A stretch of DNA of 63,442 bases, filler included, from Vannella sp. (Eukaryota), in assembly GCA_023345925.1 (NCBI GenBank). It is 6 parts of 6 records of this genome, joined end to end, with 100 filler letters (N's around TTAATTAATTAA, not from the genome) between each part and the next. Parts side by side here need not be neighbours in the genome. Positions count along the whole stretch, not along the records: positions 1 to 18,682 come from JAJQQN010000679.1; positions 18,783 to 39,957 come from JAJQQN010001069.1; 4 more parts are not named here. One strand, written 5' to 3'. Below the pieces are notes generated by a model, which was not told the DNA's origin, did not search any database, and worked only from the letters and a program-made list of their open reading frames with translations. Positions 11,401 through 21,563 of the stretch are shown here, one piece after another. Positions within the stretch are counted from its first letter, which is position 1, and the number at the start of each line of letters is the position of its first letter. Made by a program: the position numbers and the translations under genes.

Positions 11401-12306
11401 TGGTCTCGACAACTTGAAATTGCCTTTCATGAAGAACTTGGGTCTGCTTCATTTGCAAGAACACTCTTTGGGCATGCCCCTTCATTACACTGACAAGATA
11501 GTGGACGTTTTGGCACAAAAAGAGACGGAAACAGGACCAACAGCATCGAGTGAAATCAAGTCTCCTCGTCAAGCCCAAACTGAACTCGTGTTTGGAGCTC
11601 TCGCCTGGAATTTCCGATTGACACCCGACATGGATGACAACCTTCTCAACGCTCTTTATGAGGTCTTGCGACGTCTTGTTATCAACTCGGACATTGCTTG
11701 TTCCCTTGCTGAGGTGCTGGACTTGAGTATTTTGATTACCAGAGCTACTCCCTCCTTGGCAGTTGTAAAGAAGGAGAAGCTTAACGAATACGTGCCCCAG
11801 CACATCATTACCAATCATCCAGATCAGCTCGTGCAACAGATTGTCGATGCTTCTGCCCCCTTGGCAGCCGCTGGATTCGGTGAAAGAGATGCAAAGATGG
11901 CTTTCGTGCGGGTTGGCAACTTTAAGAACATTTGGACTTGGTCATTCTTCCCTCTGGTATGTGGAGCAATCATCTCCAACTCCAATTTCTCACTTCGTGA
12001 CAGCACGGGAAAAAGCAGAGGTCCCTAGCACTCTCTGTAAAGGGCGTGGCTACCTACAAAGTAGAAGGTGGCGAGGTTTTGCAAGAGGAAATGTGGTATT
12101 GGAACCAGATTAGCTCGTGCTCAATGGACTCTTTTTCCAATGTCACTTTAGCTTTGGTCGACGAAGTCCCTCGTGTCTTCCCTCTCCAGTACTTTGTAAG
12201 TTTCCTCCATCCTCTCCCTATTACATATCAAAATCTGACCTATTTCCAGTCTCAAGCTGCCTTCAACTTGGTTTGCCAAGCGACTCAAGATAGTATTCCT
12301 GTTTAA
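8456..12306 (+). CDS. MyTH4-FERM-SH3-MyTH4-FERM protein (myosin-VII-like tail, no motor domain), multi-exon
   Basis: MyTH4 motifs DEAYCLIFKQMTNNPS and LRDELYCQALKQL; FERM LYAQLRRDILRG...LCQTLPFYG; SH3 LLRFKQGDIIRI...GWEFG...GNYP; probable ATG at 8456 followed by a gtgagt intron. Confidence 0.8.
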
Positions 12307-12380
12307 CTTTGATTCAACAAACTAATACACTTTGCAAATCACTCTCCTATATTGGCCAATTGTGGTCCTCATGTTATCGA

Positions 12381-15300
12381 TCAGTGGGTCGGCGTTTCTC
12401 CAAATCCACCTCCTCCAGGCGTCATTATCCTCACACGATCATGAGGAGCAAGAGAAACAGAGTTCTTTCCACCCAAATTGATAGTTTGGTACTCCTCTTG
12501 GGCCAAATTAAGGCATCGGAGGTACTGGTTGAGTCCACGAGCGCCAGCAGACCCGCCAGCAGCTCCCGGTGGGGCGAACGAACGCCGCTCTGACAGGATT
12601 CCCATTTCCATTTCCTCCAAGAATTCAATTTCTCTGATGACTCCGTTTCCTCCTGGATGCTCTCCAGCACCTCCGCTTCCTTCTCTTACAGAGAATTGCC
12701 GAAGGAGAACTGGATAACGCATCTCAAAGATCTCTGCATCGGTGATGCGAGTGTTCGTCATATGAGAGTGGACGGCTGATTCTCCATCCCAGCATGGCCC
12801 TGCACCAGCTCCTCCAGCGATGGTTTCGTAGTATCCCATGGATGAATTACCAAATGTGAGGTTGTTCATGCACCCCTGGGAGCAAGCACACTCTCCAAAA
12901 GCCGAAAGAACAACATCTGTAATGCGTTGGCTCGTCAAGACATTCCCTCCGACAACAGCTGCGCCATCAGAAGGGGAAAGAAGTGATCCGGGTGGCAAAA
13001 TCACTTCGATAGGTTTCAGACAACCTTGGTTGAGAGGGATTTCTTCTGAAACCAAGCAGCGTAAGGAGTAGATGATTGCAGAGAATGTGATGGCGGAAGG
13101 AGCGTTAAAGTTACCAAAGGTTTCAGTGGCAGTCCCAGTAAAGTCAAAAAGAGCACTCCGTCTCTCCCTGTCAATAGTGAGACGCAAACGGATCAAACTG
13201 CCATCATCCATAAAGTCCTCTGACACAATCGTATCAACGACCTGTAGCCCTCGTTTCAAGGAGATTGCGACAAGCATTTGGCGAACAGCTTCTTCAGCTT
13301 GGCTTTGGACATGGCCCATGTAAGCGTGAACAACTTCAATGCCGTACTCTTCTATCAACTCTGTCACCAATCGGATTCCCTTCTGGTTAGCGGCAACTTG
13401 AGCACGAAGGTCAGATAAGTTGTCGGAGAGATTGCGAGTTCCGGCTATTCCAGGGCCTGGTTGGGTCAGAATCTGGGTAATTCCTTCTTCCTGGAAGATG
13501 CCTTCGCTAACAAGCTTGAAGCTTTTAATAGCTGCTCCCTCTTCTCTGAGAAAATGAGAAAATGGTGGCATAGAACCGGGTGAGATGCCACCAATATCAG
13601 CGTGGTGTCCCCGACTGGCCACATAGAATACAGGTTTGCCCCCAGAAAACACTGGAGTAATGACAGTGATATCTGGCAAGTGGGTCCCACCAGCAGATGG
13701 ATGATTGGTGACGACAACGTCACCTTCTCGCCAGTCATCTCCAAGATACTCGATTTGCCAAGTCACTGCTCGTTGCATTGAACCCAAATGGACAGGTAAA
13801 TGCGGTGCATTTGCCACCAGCCCACCATCAGGGCTGAAAAGAGCGCAAGAGAAATCCAATCTCTCTTTGATGTTAGTGGAGATGGAAGTGCGTTGCAAGG
13901 TGCGTCCCATTTGCTCTGCAATACTCATAAAACGGTGAGCGAATACGGCTAGGAGAGTATTGTCCAGTTTGATAGACACCCTTGAGAGTTCCTGCGGGTG
14001 ACTGAGTGTGATACGAACATCTCCTTGCTCGGTAATGAGAGCAGAGCAGTCTGGTTCGATCACTAAAGTGCTGGTTTCATTCAAAAGAAGAATGGGACCC
14101 GACAAAACAGTCCCAAATCCCAATTGGGATAAGTTGAAAACATCTGCTGACTGGAAACCTCCCTCAAAGTAAACTTGGTGGGTTCCAATAGGCGTGGGGG
14201 TCGTCTCTGAAGCAGAATGTATCTTTTCCGCGTCACTGGAGGCATTAATACCAACACCTCGAATGCGAATATCATCAATAAGGACATTCCTCTCAATGAT
14301 GAATCCAAACTCTCTCTTATAGTGGCTTTCAAAACTCTGTAAATAGTGAGAAGGCCCCTCCTTAGGCTCACGAATCATAAGTGCACTATCAGTGCCACTG
14401 TATCTGAGATTAAGATATCTTTCAATTCGCACCTGCTCAAGAGAGAATCCTTTCTCCGCCAATTGACTCACTACTGAACTTTCAAGCGATAGCATTCGTT
14501 GGGAGACTGCAGTTTCTAGTGCTGATTTGTTGAGTTGAAGCGATGCAGCTTCTTGTTTCTCGAAGACAACATCGGCAAGGCCAAGGCCAAAGGCGCTGAG
14601 AATCCCGCTGTGACGATGAACGAATATTTCTGACATTCCTAAACGACGAGCAATGGAGCAAGCATGTTGACCTCCAGCTCCTCCGAAGCAAGAGAGGACG
14701 TGGTTCGAAGCAGAGAAGCCTTTTGCTTCTGTGATAGCACGAATGGGACGGCACATTGCCTCATTAGCCAGCTGGATGTATCCGTAAGCAATCTCGACTG
14801 CACTCTTGGCTTGAGAAGTGCCATTCACATAGCCTGCAGTGTTTATCTCACGAGCTAGAGCTGTCAATGCCTCCTCAGAAGCACACTTATCCAAGGACTG
14901 CTTCTCGTCTGGGCCAAATATGTGCGGAAAGTACTCTGGAATCAGTCTCCCAAGAACCACATTGGCATCAGTGACACTTGGAATCTTCCCGCCCTTTCTG
15001 TAGCAAACAGGACCTGGTTGGGCACCCACAGAACCTGGTCCAACTTGCATCATTCCCGCTCGAAACTGCAGCTTACTCCCTCCTCCAGCAGCGACAGTCT
15101 GAATATCTAGTTGAGGAGCCTGTATCGTGACGCCAGCCGTTTGGGTGTCATACACATGGGAATACTTCCCATCGAAGCGGGACACATCCGTTGAGGTTCC
15201 ACCCATATCAAATCCAATCACAGGAGATCCACTCTTCTCAGAATAGGTTGTCCGAGCGTAGCCGACAACGCCACCAGCAGGTCCACTAAGAATGGCGCGG

Positions 15301-16187
15301 AACCCAAAGAAGGATTCCATCGGGCAGAGACCCCCGTCACTCATCATGAAGCTAACATCAACGTTTGTCATTATACCGCTGTCAAAACCAGCCAGAAACC
15401 CTCGTAAGTACTCGGAAATGAGCGGAGTGAGATATGCGTCGACACAGGTTGTCTGTCCACGTGGGACAAGTCGCACCATGGGCATTATCTGAGAGGAAAG
15501 ACTAACTTGCTCAAAGCCTATCGCCTTTGCGATCTCTCCTATCCTCTTCTCGTGCTCAGGGAAGCAGTAAGAGTGAATTAAAGCAACTGCCACGCTCCGG
15601 AAACCCTCGTCAAAGGCCTTCTGGAGCTCTCCTTCTATGTGGGTCTCATCTAAGGGTTGCATGATCTCTACATGCTCTCCGGTAAGTGTCTCCTTGATAC
15701 AGGTACCAGGAAACAGCGCAAGAGGAGGAGAATCACTTGACTTGATGATGCGGACCCGCTCACGCGCTTCAATCACCCGTTGATAAAGGGGAGGGGTCTT
15801 CCGCATTTGAAGGTCGAAGATGAATGAACGTGACTGGTTGCCGATACGGAGAACGTCCCCGAGGCCCGTTGTTGTGACCAAGATGAAAGGGAAGCCTTCA
15901 CGCTCGAGCAGGGCATTAGTTGCCACTGTAGTTCCCATTCTTATCCACTCCAAGTCAGCTGTTGGGATTGCCACGTCCTTGTGGGCATCGTCACTGGCAA
16001 AGGGAATCCCCTTGGCTGCATAAAAGTCACGCAGCACCCGCCGTATCCCCTCCCGAGGGGCGTCCGGGTAGTTAGCACTATCATTGCTCAGAAGCTTGAT
16101 GACAGAGACCTCTCCACTTGGACTCTCCGCATAAACATCCGTAAAAGTCCCTCCACGATCGATTGCAAACCGAAAGCCCCTGACCAT
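12381..16187 (-). CDS. OPLAH: 5-oxoprolinase (ATP-hydrolysing), intronless 1268 aa
   Basis: IDRGGTFTD, MGTTVATNALLER, DMGGTSTDV, NIKERLDFSCA, SRGHHADIGG, HSHMTNTRITD, TPGGGG. Confidence 0.97.
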   Translation of the reverse strand: MVRGFRFAIDRGGTFTDVYAESPSGEVSVIKLLSNDSANYPDAPREGIRRVLRDFYAAKGIPFASDDAHKDVAIPTADLEWIRMGTTVATNALLEREGFPFILVTTTGLGDVLRIGNQSRSFIFDLQMRKTPPLYQRVIEARERVRIIKSSDSPPLALFPGTCIKETLTGEHVEIMQPLDETHIEGELQKAFDEGFRSVAVALIHSYCFPEHEKRIGEIAKAIGFEQVSLSSQIMPMVRLVPRGQTTCVDAYLTPLISEYLRGFLAGFDSGIMTNVDVSFMMSDGGLCPMESFFGFRAILSGPAGGVVGYARTTYSEKSGSPVIGFDMGGTSTDVSRFDGKYSHVYDTQTAGVTIQAPQLDIQTVAAGGGSKLQFRAGMMQVGPGSVGAQPGPVCYRKGGKIPSVTDANVVLGRLIPEYFPHIFGPDEKQSLDKCASEEALTALAREINTAGYVNGTSQAKSAVEIAYGYIQLANEAMCRPIRAITEAKGFSASNHVLSCFGGAGGQHACSIARRLGMSEIFVHRHSGILSAFGLGLADVVFEKQEAASLQLNKSALETAVSQRMLSLESSVVSQLAEKGFSLEQVRIERYLNLRYSGTDSALMIREPKEGPSHYLQSFESHYKREFGFIIERNVLIDDIRIRGVGINASSDAEKIHSASETTPTPIGTHQVYFEGGFQSADVFNLSQLGFGTVLSGPILLLNETSTLVIEPDCSALITEQGDVRITLSHPQELSRVSIKLDNTLLAVFAHRFMSIAEQMGRTLQRTSISTNIKERLDFSCALFSPDGGLVANAPHLPVHLGSMQRAVTWQIEYLGDDWREGDVVVTNHPSAGGTHLPDITVITPVFSGGKPVFYVASRGHHADIGGISPGSMPPFSHFLREEGAAIKSFKLVSEGIFQEEGITQILTQPGPGIAGTRNLSDNLSDLRAQVAANQKGIRLVTELIEEYGIEVVHAYMGHVQSQAEEAVRQMLVAISLKRGLQVVDTIVSEDFMDDGSLIRLRLTIDRERRSALFDFTGTATETFGNFNAPSAITFSAIIYSLRCLVSEEIPLNQGCLKPIEVILPPGSLLSPSDGAAVVGGNVLTSQRITDVVLSAFGECACSQGCMNNLTFGNSSMGYYETIAGGAGAGPCWDGESAVHSHMTNTRITDAEIFEMRYPVLLRQFSVREGSGGAGEHPGGNGVIREIEFLEEMEMGILSERRSFAPPGAAGGSAGARGLNQYLRCLNLAQEEYQTINLGGKNSVSLAPHDRVRIMTPGGGGFGETPTH

Positions 16188-16435
16188 GGCAGAATGAGCT
16201 TTCCAACATTCAAGTCACCAAAAATCATAAGATACATTTGAATTGAATCATAATCATGACACAAAGCGACCAAAAAATGGGGATGAATTCTGATTGGACA
16301 ATTTGCGCCAACCAGAATCGATCTTGAGATTGGCCATTTATCCAAGCAAGCTAAATGCGATATCAATGTACCTTCCCCGATTGCTAAACCGTTCATTTGA
16401 TATTGGTTCGTTCATTTGCTGGGCGACTATTCAGG
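16188..16435. promoter_or_regulatory. Putative bidirectional promoter (OPLAH / CstF-77) with CCAAT boxes
   Basis: AT-rich spacer between divergent genes with TGATTGG, GATTGG and TATTGG (reverse CCAAT). Confidence 0.5.
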
Positions 16436-18641
16436 ATGACACTGGAAGAGGAAGCTGCTGTGGCGTCTCAGCTGACTTCTTTTCGAGAGGACCAAGGAAC
16501 GCAGACGGTGTATGCGGCTCAGATCTCCTCGCGGTTCGGATGGGACGTTCAGGCGTGGATTCGCTTTGTGGAAGATGCCAACGGGAGACCCTTGGCAGAG
16601 GCTCGGAACATGTATGAGGAGTTCCTTCTGGTATTCCCCATGTCTGTTCGGTACTGGCGCGTCTATCTCGAGCGCGAAATGGACGCAAAGAACTTTGAGG
16701 GCGTGGAGAAGCTCTTTCGACGTTGCCTGGAGAAGGTCCCTCACGTCCAGCTGTGGCAAACCTACCTCACTTACTGCAGCATAAATGCGAGCACTCAAGA
16801 GGATGGAAACCGAGTCCTCCGTGATGCGTACGAGTACGCTTTGCTCCATACCCGCCATGATATCGAGTCCACGCCCATCTGGAAGGACTACCTCCACTTC
16901 CTCAAGGAGCTACCAACCACAACTCACAACGAGATCAACGAGCGGGCCAGTGGCATCCGTGAAACCTACGATCGAGCCATTGCGACTCCAATGGTCAACC
17001 TGGAGGACATCTGGAGTGACTACCGCTCATGGCTGAGTAGCCAGAACAAGGCATGGAGCAAGCTCGCCGACGCTCAATCGGCTAAGCTTGCGCTAAGCCG
17101 CTCCGTCTACACGGAAAGGAGCCGTTTGGCCAAGAGTCTGCCTCTCTCCCCTCTTGCTGTCCCTCCACGTGACGGGACAGCGGAGACTGGTCTCAAGACA
17201 TGGAAGAAGATCATTCGCTACGAGAAACGGAACCGAGAGAGCCGTCTGACTCCTCTCGACCTTCGCCAGCAGGTCAAATACGCTTACAAGCAGAGCCTGA
17301 TGATGCTCCTTCACTACCCAGAGATGTGGTTTGACTACGCAAAGTACCTGATCGACGAATCCCTGCCGGAAGAGGCGCTTTTGGTGTACCAGCAAGCCAT
17401 CTCTTACCTCCCCGGCAACTCCCTCCTTCACTTCAGCTACGCAGACCTTCTGGAGTCTATGGATCGACCAAAGGAAGCTCGAGAGGTGTACCACGCTCTC
17501 CTGGCGGTCAAACAAGACTCTCTCATCCGCATTCAGTTCATGTTCTTCGAACACCGCGTCAGTGGCATCAACGCAGCGCGTAAGGTCTTCCTCAAAGCAC
17601 GTAAGGACCCCAACTGCACCTATCACGTCTACATAGCGAGTGCCATGATGGAGTTCTACCGCAACAAAGACGCCGAACAGGCTCGAAAGGTGTTTATGTT
17701 GGCCCTTAACACGGAGTTTGGGTCTGAGATTGACTTTGTCGTGCACTATCTGAAGTTCCTGTGGAACTTGAATGAAGTACAGAACACCAGGGCCATGTTT
17801 GAGAGAGTTCTGTCTTCGATGCCGCCGGAAAACATCAAAATGATTTGGAACCTTTATCTCGAGTTTGAGTACGCTTGCGGTGATGCTAACACTGTGGCTC
17901 ACTTGGAGAGGCGAAGGGCGGAGGTTTATCCTTTGGATGACCAGAATGGCATTCTGGCGTTGGTCAATCGTCATCGTTATGAGGACTTGTGGCCTTGTGA
18001 TAAGCCCACGTTGGACTCTTTCAGTACGTTATGGGTTATTGGTGGACTGGGTCTCATCACGCGGGTGGTTTAGAAGTCGTTCTGGACAAGGAAGAGAATT
18101 CAATTAGTATGCGCCATCAGGAAGAGCTTCTCAGTAAATACCCTCGTCCGGATCTTGATGGCATGCTTCCTTTCCATCGGGTGATGGCCGTAGTCAATCC
18201 AGGAACTCTTGGTGTAAGTCCAAGTACTGATTTGATTCCTTGATTCTCATGGAACCTGTCTTAGCTTCCACCCCAGCCAGTGGGATCGAACGCTAGTATT
18301 GAAGAGATCATCACGAATGAGGTGGCAGAATCAGAGTACAGCAATCTGCCTGAATGTTTGGTGCAACACATGCATGCCCTTGCTAAAGATGACGACCCGT
18401 GTAAGTCTACCTGTACATTTAGTTCTTCCATTAATCAACTTGAGTAGCCAAACCACGCCTTCAACCTGATGTGGAAGCTATCATGAAACTCATCACAGAA
18501 ACGAGTCTCGCCCCTCTTCAGGAGCCAGCAGTAGCGCTTGGAAAGCGGAGAGGAGATACCCTCCACGGTGGACCCCAAAAAAAGCAGAAAACAGGTCAAC
18601 AGGATGTTTGGCGCAAGAGGCAAGCTCAAAAGAAAAAGTAG
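16436..18641 (+). CDS. CSTF3: Cleavage stimulation factor 77 kDa subunit / Rna14 (HAT repeats), multi-exon
   Basis: HAT repeats (FPMSVRYW, VEKLFRRCL, HYPEMWFDY, NAARKVFLKARK, RAMFERVL, RYEDLWPC), YPRPD segment, C-terminal DVWRKRQAQKKK stop at 18641. Confidence 0.9.
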
Positions 18642-18682
18642 AATCCATGGCCACCTCACTTCAAACAATAAACATTCTCGTG

Positions 18683-18782
18683 NNNNNNNNNNNNNNNNNN
18701 NNNNNNNNNNNNNNNNNNNNNNNNNNTTAATTAATTAANNNNNNNNNNNNNNNNNNNNNNNNNNNNNNNNNNNNNNNNNNNN
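18683..18782. other. Artificial contig linker
   Basis: N44-TTAATTAATTAA-N44, stops in all six frames. Confidence 0.98.
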
Positions 18783-18985
18783 GAAAAGTGGCTTCAAATT
18801 CAACCGGGACCATTACGAATGAACTTTTTATGTGTTTTAAGCGAGGTACTTTTTGGCTCCTTTCAACCCTCTCCTCTAAAGACGGCCCAGTAAACACACC
18901 ACGTCCACTGGCCACGGTTGAAAAGTACTCTCTCTGCAGAGTACTCTCTTGATGCCTGTCGAATTTAGAAGCACCTTGAATGGAC

Positions 18986-19077
18986 GGGGTAAGAGGGGGG
19001 CGATACACTTGTTTGCGTAGCTTGCCCTGATGGCCTCCAACTCTTCAGGATAAGCTTTTGGGCTGATTTCATTTTTC
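18986..19077. repeat. Dispersed repeat copy B with internal palindrome
   Basis: Aligns with 7941-8032; AGCTTGCCCTGA-N14-TCAGGATAAGCT then T-run. Confidence 0.8.
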
Positions 19078-19227
19078 CACTTTTTGGCTGCGAGAGGACC
19101 CAAACAAGGGGAAATGCCCTCGCTGCTCGTGCCTTCTCTCGGACTGGGTAAATCTCTAACCACATTGGTGTGTTTTTAGGTTCAATGCGCGATCGAACAA
19201 TCGATGGATGATGGAAGCACTACCAGA

Positions 19228-19243
19228 TTTAGGGTTTAGGGTT
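19228..19243 (+). repeat. Short telomere-like / telo-box motif (TTTAGGG)2
   Basis: tttagggtttagggtt about 100 nt upstream of the 19342 ORF. Confidence 0.45.
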
Positions 19244-19341
19244 CAGTGTTGTGAATTAGTTCAAAGGAAGGAATCAATTCCGCAAAGTTCACTTTTTTTC
19301 TTCTCCAGGAAGGTCGTTGTGGCATCATCCGCCACAGTGAG

Positions 19342-21190
19342 ATGTTCAAATCGTTGTTAAAATACCGGTATGAGCCCAGCGACTACATTGGCTTGAGCGC
19401 CCTCGTTCCAGAAGAACCCGAAACGTGGCTTCGAAACGTCAGGCCAGCTTTTGTAGAGGGAGAAAGTGGAAAGCTTTTAGAGCTCTTTAATGAGTGGAAC
19501 TCGCCCACGTTAGTGCTTCTGGAGCCCCTAGTTATCAAGAAGTACCAAAAATGGAAAGACATTGACCCACTCAAAGCGATGCCTTCAAGCTGGTTGAAGT
19601 GTCTTGGCGAAGTCAATAAGAAACGGCCAGAAGGTCAAAAGATACGAAGTTTCGCTGGAGAAGGAATAGGTATCTTCCATCTTAAGTCCATTCCCTTGTT
19701 CAATAAGAGAATCTGGAGCTCCGCTATCGCACTCCGACATTGGATTGCGTTGGATGACGGTCCAGACCAGTATCCCGCCTTCCAACATTCCTATATTCCG
19801 AGTAGAGCCCTTGTAAACTACGAAGAAAGTGAAGACTCATATGGCCTTCTTTTCGTTTTGGCTCGAGAGCAAGACATTCCCTGGATGTATTCAGAAGAGG
19901 CGTGCTCCAGCGCCATCTTTCCAGATGTTCCGCTTCAACATTTGACCCGTTTAGCCCTTGCTAACGGAACTGAATCCCAACTTGTGCGAGGGATGATTCG
20001 AGAACAACTGAAAACTTCCAATGCATTGAAAGCTGCCCAGTTGATATCATGTGTGGACTCTCCTTCCTCAGTGCGGTTCCTTCTGAACGAATTGGGCTCA
20101 CTGGAAGACCAAGGCGCCATTCCGTTTATCTTACGCCGCTTGGAGCACCAGTTATCCTTCATGGAAGATCTCTCCTCAAGTGATTTGAAAGCGAGGGTTG
20201 TAAGTTGCAGGAAAGTCTGTTATGAACGACTCACTTCAAAAGATTGGGCCAGTCAAACTGAACTGTTATCTAACTCGGAAGAATGCGTTCGAATGCAGTT
20301 ACAGGGTCTTCTGAAGGAGCCATTGCTGGCATTGAAACGAACCAACATCTTTATGAAAGTCATTGCTGAGTATCCACAGCATCCAGAGTTCCAGGGTATC
20401 ATTCATGATATCATTGCTTCATTTCGGACGGACAAGGCTGTTCCAATCCTCGTCCATCTGATCTCATTTTTGCAAAAGTCAGAACAAAACAAAGAGAGGA
20501 GTTTTCTGAGCACCCTCCTGAAACTCTTATGGAGACTTCTCATCGACTTGGCAGATCGGAAATTGCTCAAAATTCATTTAATGGGATTCCTTCTTCTTGG
20601 AAGAATCTGCGTTGGTCGCTGAAGTGACGAAGCACATTCTTCTCCCAGGGTCCCATCAATGCCACATTGCTTGTGAATTGCTGGTGAAAAGCTCAATGAG
20701 GCCAGCGACAACCGCATTGTATCTTGAAAGAGAGAAAGAAATCCGCGAAACCATCCGATTGATAGAAGGAAAGCAGGAATTCGACGGAACCTACAGGAAT
20801 CCCAAAATCTCTCCCCAGATTGCCAGATTGGGACTAACTCTCCAGTCTTTGAAACAGTTCTTGGAGGGGACCCAACAGATCATCCATCACACCGTTCCCA
20901 CTCGCCAAGCCGGACTCAATTTGTCCACCTTATTAAGTTGGAAACACCCCAAGTGGTGTCCCTTTAATCAGCCCAGTGAGTCTTGCGAAGAAAATGAAGG
21001 ATTCTCGGTGACCTGCCAAGTGGTCACTTTGGAAAGAGAAAGGATAGCTATTGAGCTCACCAAGACCGATGCTCACTTCCAGCACGAGAGAAAGCATCTT
21101 ATTGAATTGAGAGAGGAGCTTTCGTGGCTTCTGCTCCAGCATAACAACAAAAAGAGACCTCTCTCAGCTTTGTATCCTATCATCCAATGA
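19342..21190 (+). CDS. Orphan alpha-helical protein split over two overlapping frames (19342-20622, 20597-21190); possible frameshifted pseudogene
   Basis: 426 aa and 197 aa ORFs overlap in different frames with no obvious GT-AG intron at the junction; no recognised motifs. Confidence 0.45.
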
Positions 21191-21563
21191 TGGCCCAATA
21201 AGACGAATCCTTGCATTAACATCATCGTTGCTTATCTCTCACTGTCAGAAAAGGAAGTTTGCCTTTGCAGAAAACTGAAGAGGAGATTTCTAGCGGCTTT
21301 GGGGCGCTTCGGACTGAAAAATTCGATGGGAATCACTTTTCTATCTTTAGCGGAGATAGGGCCATTCAAGCGAGGCAATGCTATTCATCCAAAGTGGAAT
21401 CAAAACACAAAAAGCTCATTCGATAGACTTTCAATAACAGAAGATTGTTTCTTTGAAGGACCGAAATGCAGTCTTGGTGAGAATGGGATGTTGAGACTGA
21501 TTGGAGAATAGACAAAGTGACTTTTATGTTCCTTGGACTTGGTCAATGGAAGTGGAACGCTCT

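Noticed and set aside
17093..17974. Long antisense ORFs (also 42036-42800, 57571-58341, 40764-41432)
   Set aside because: Shadow ORFs opposite well-supported genes, explained by codon bias
18683..18782. TTAATTAATTAA palindrome within N runs, five occurrences
   Set aside because: Identical 100-nt synthetic contig spacer with six-frame stops; not biological
19342..20622. Weak resemblance to Integrator subunit 1 (EPLLALKR segment)
   Set aside because: Single short motif; cannot be supported without a profile search
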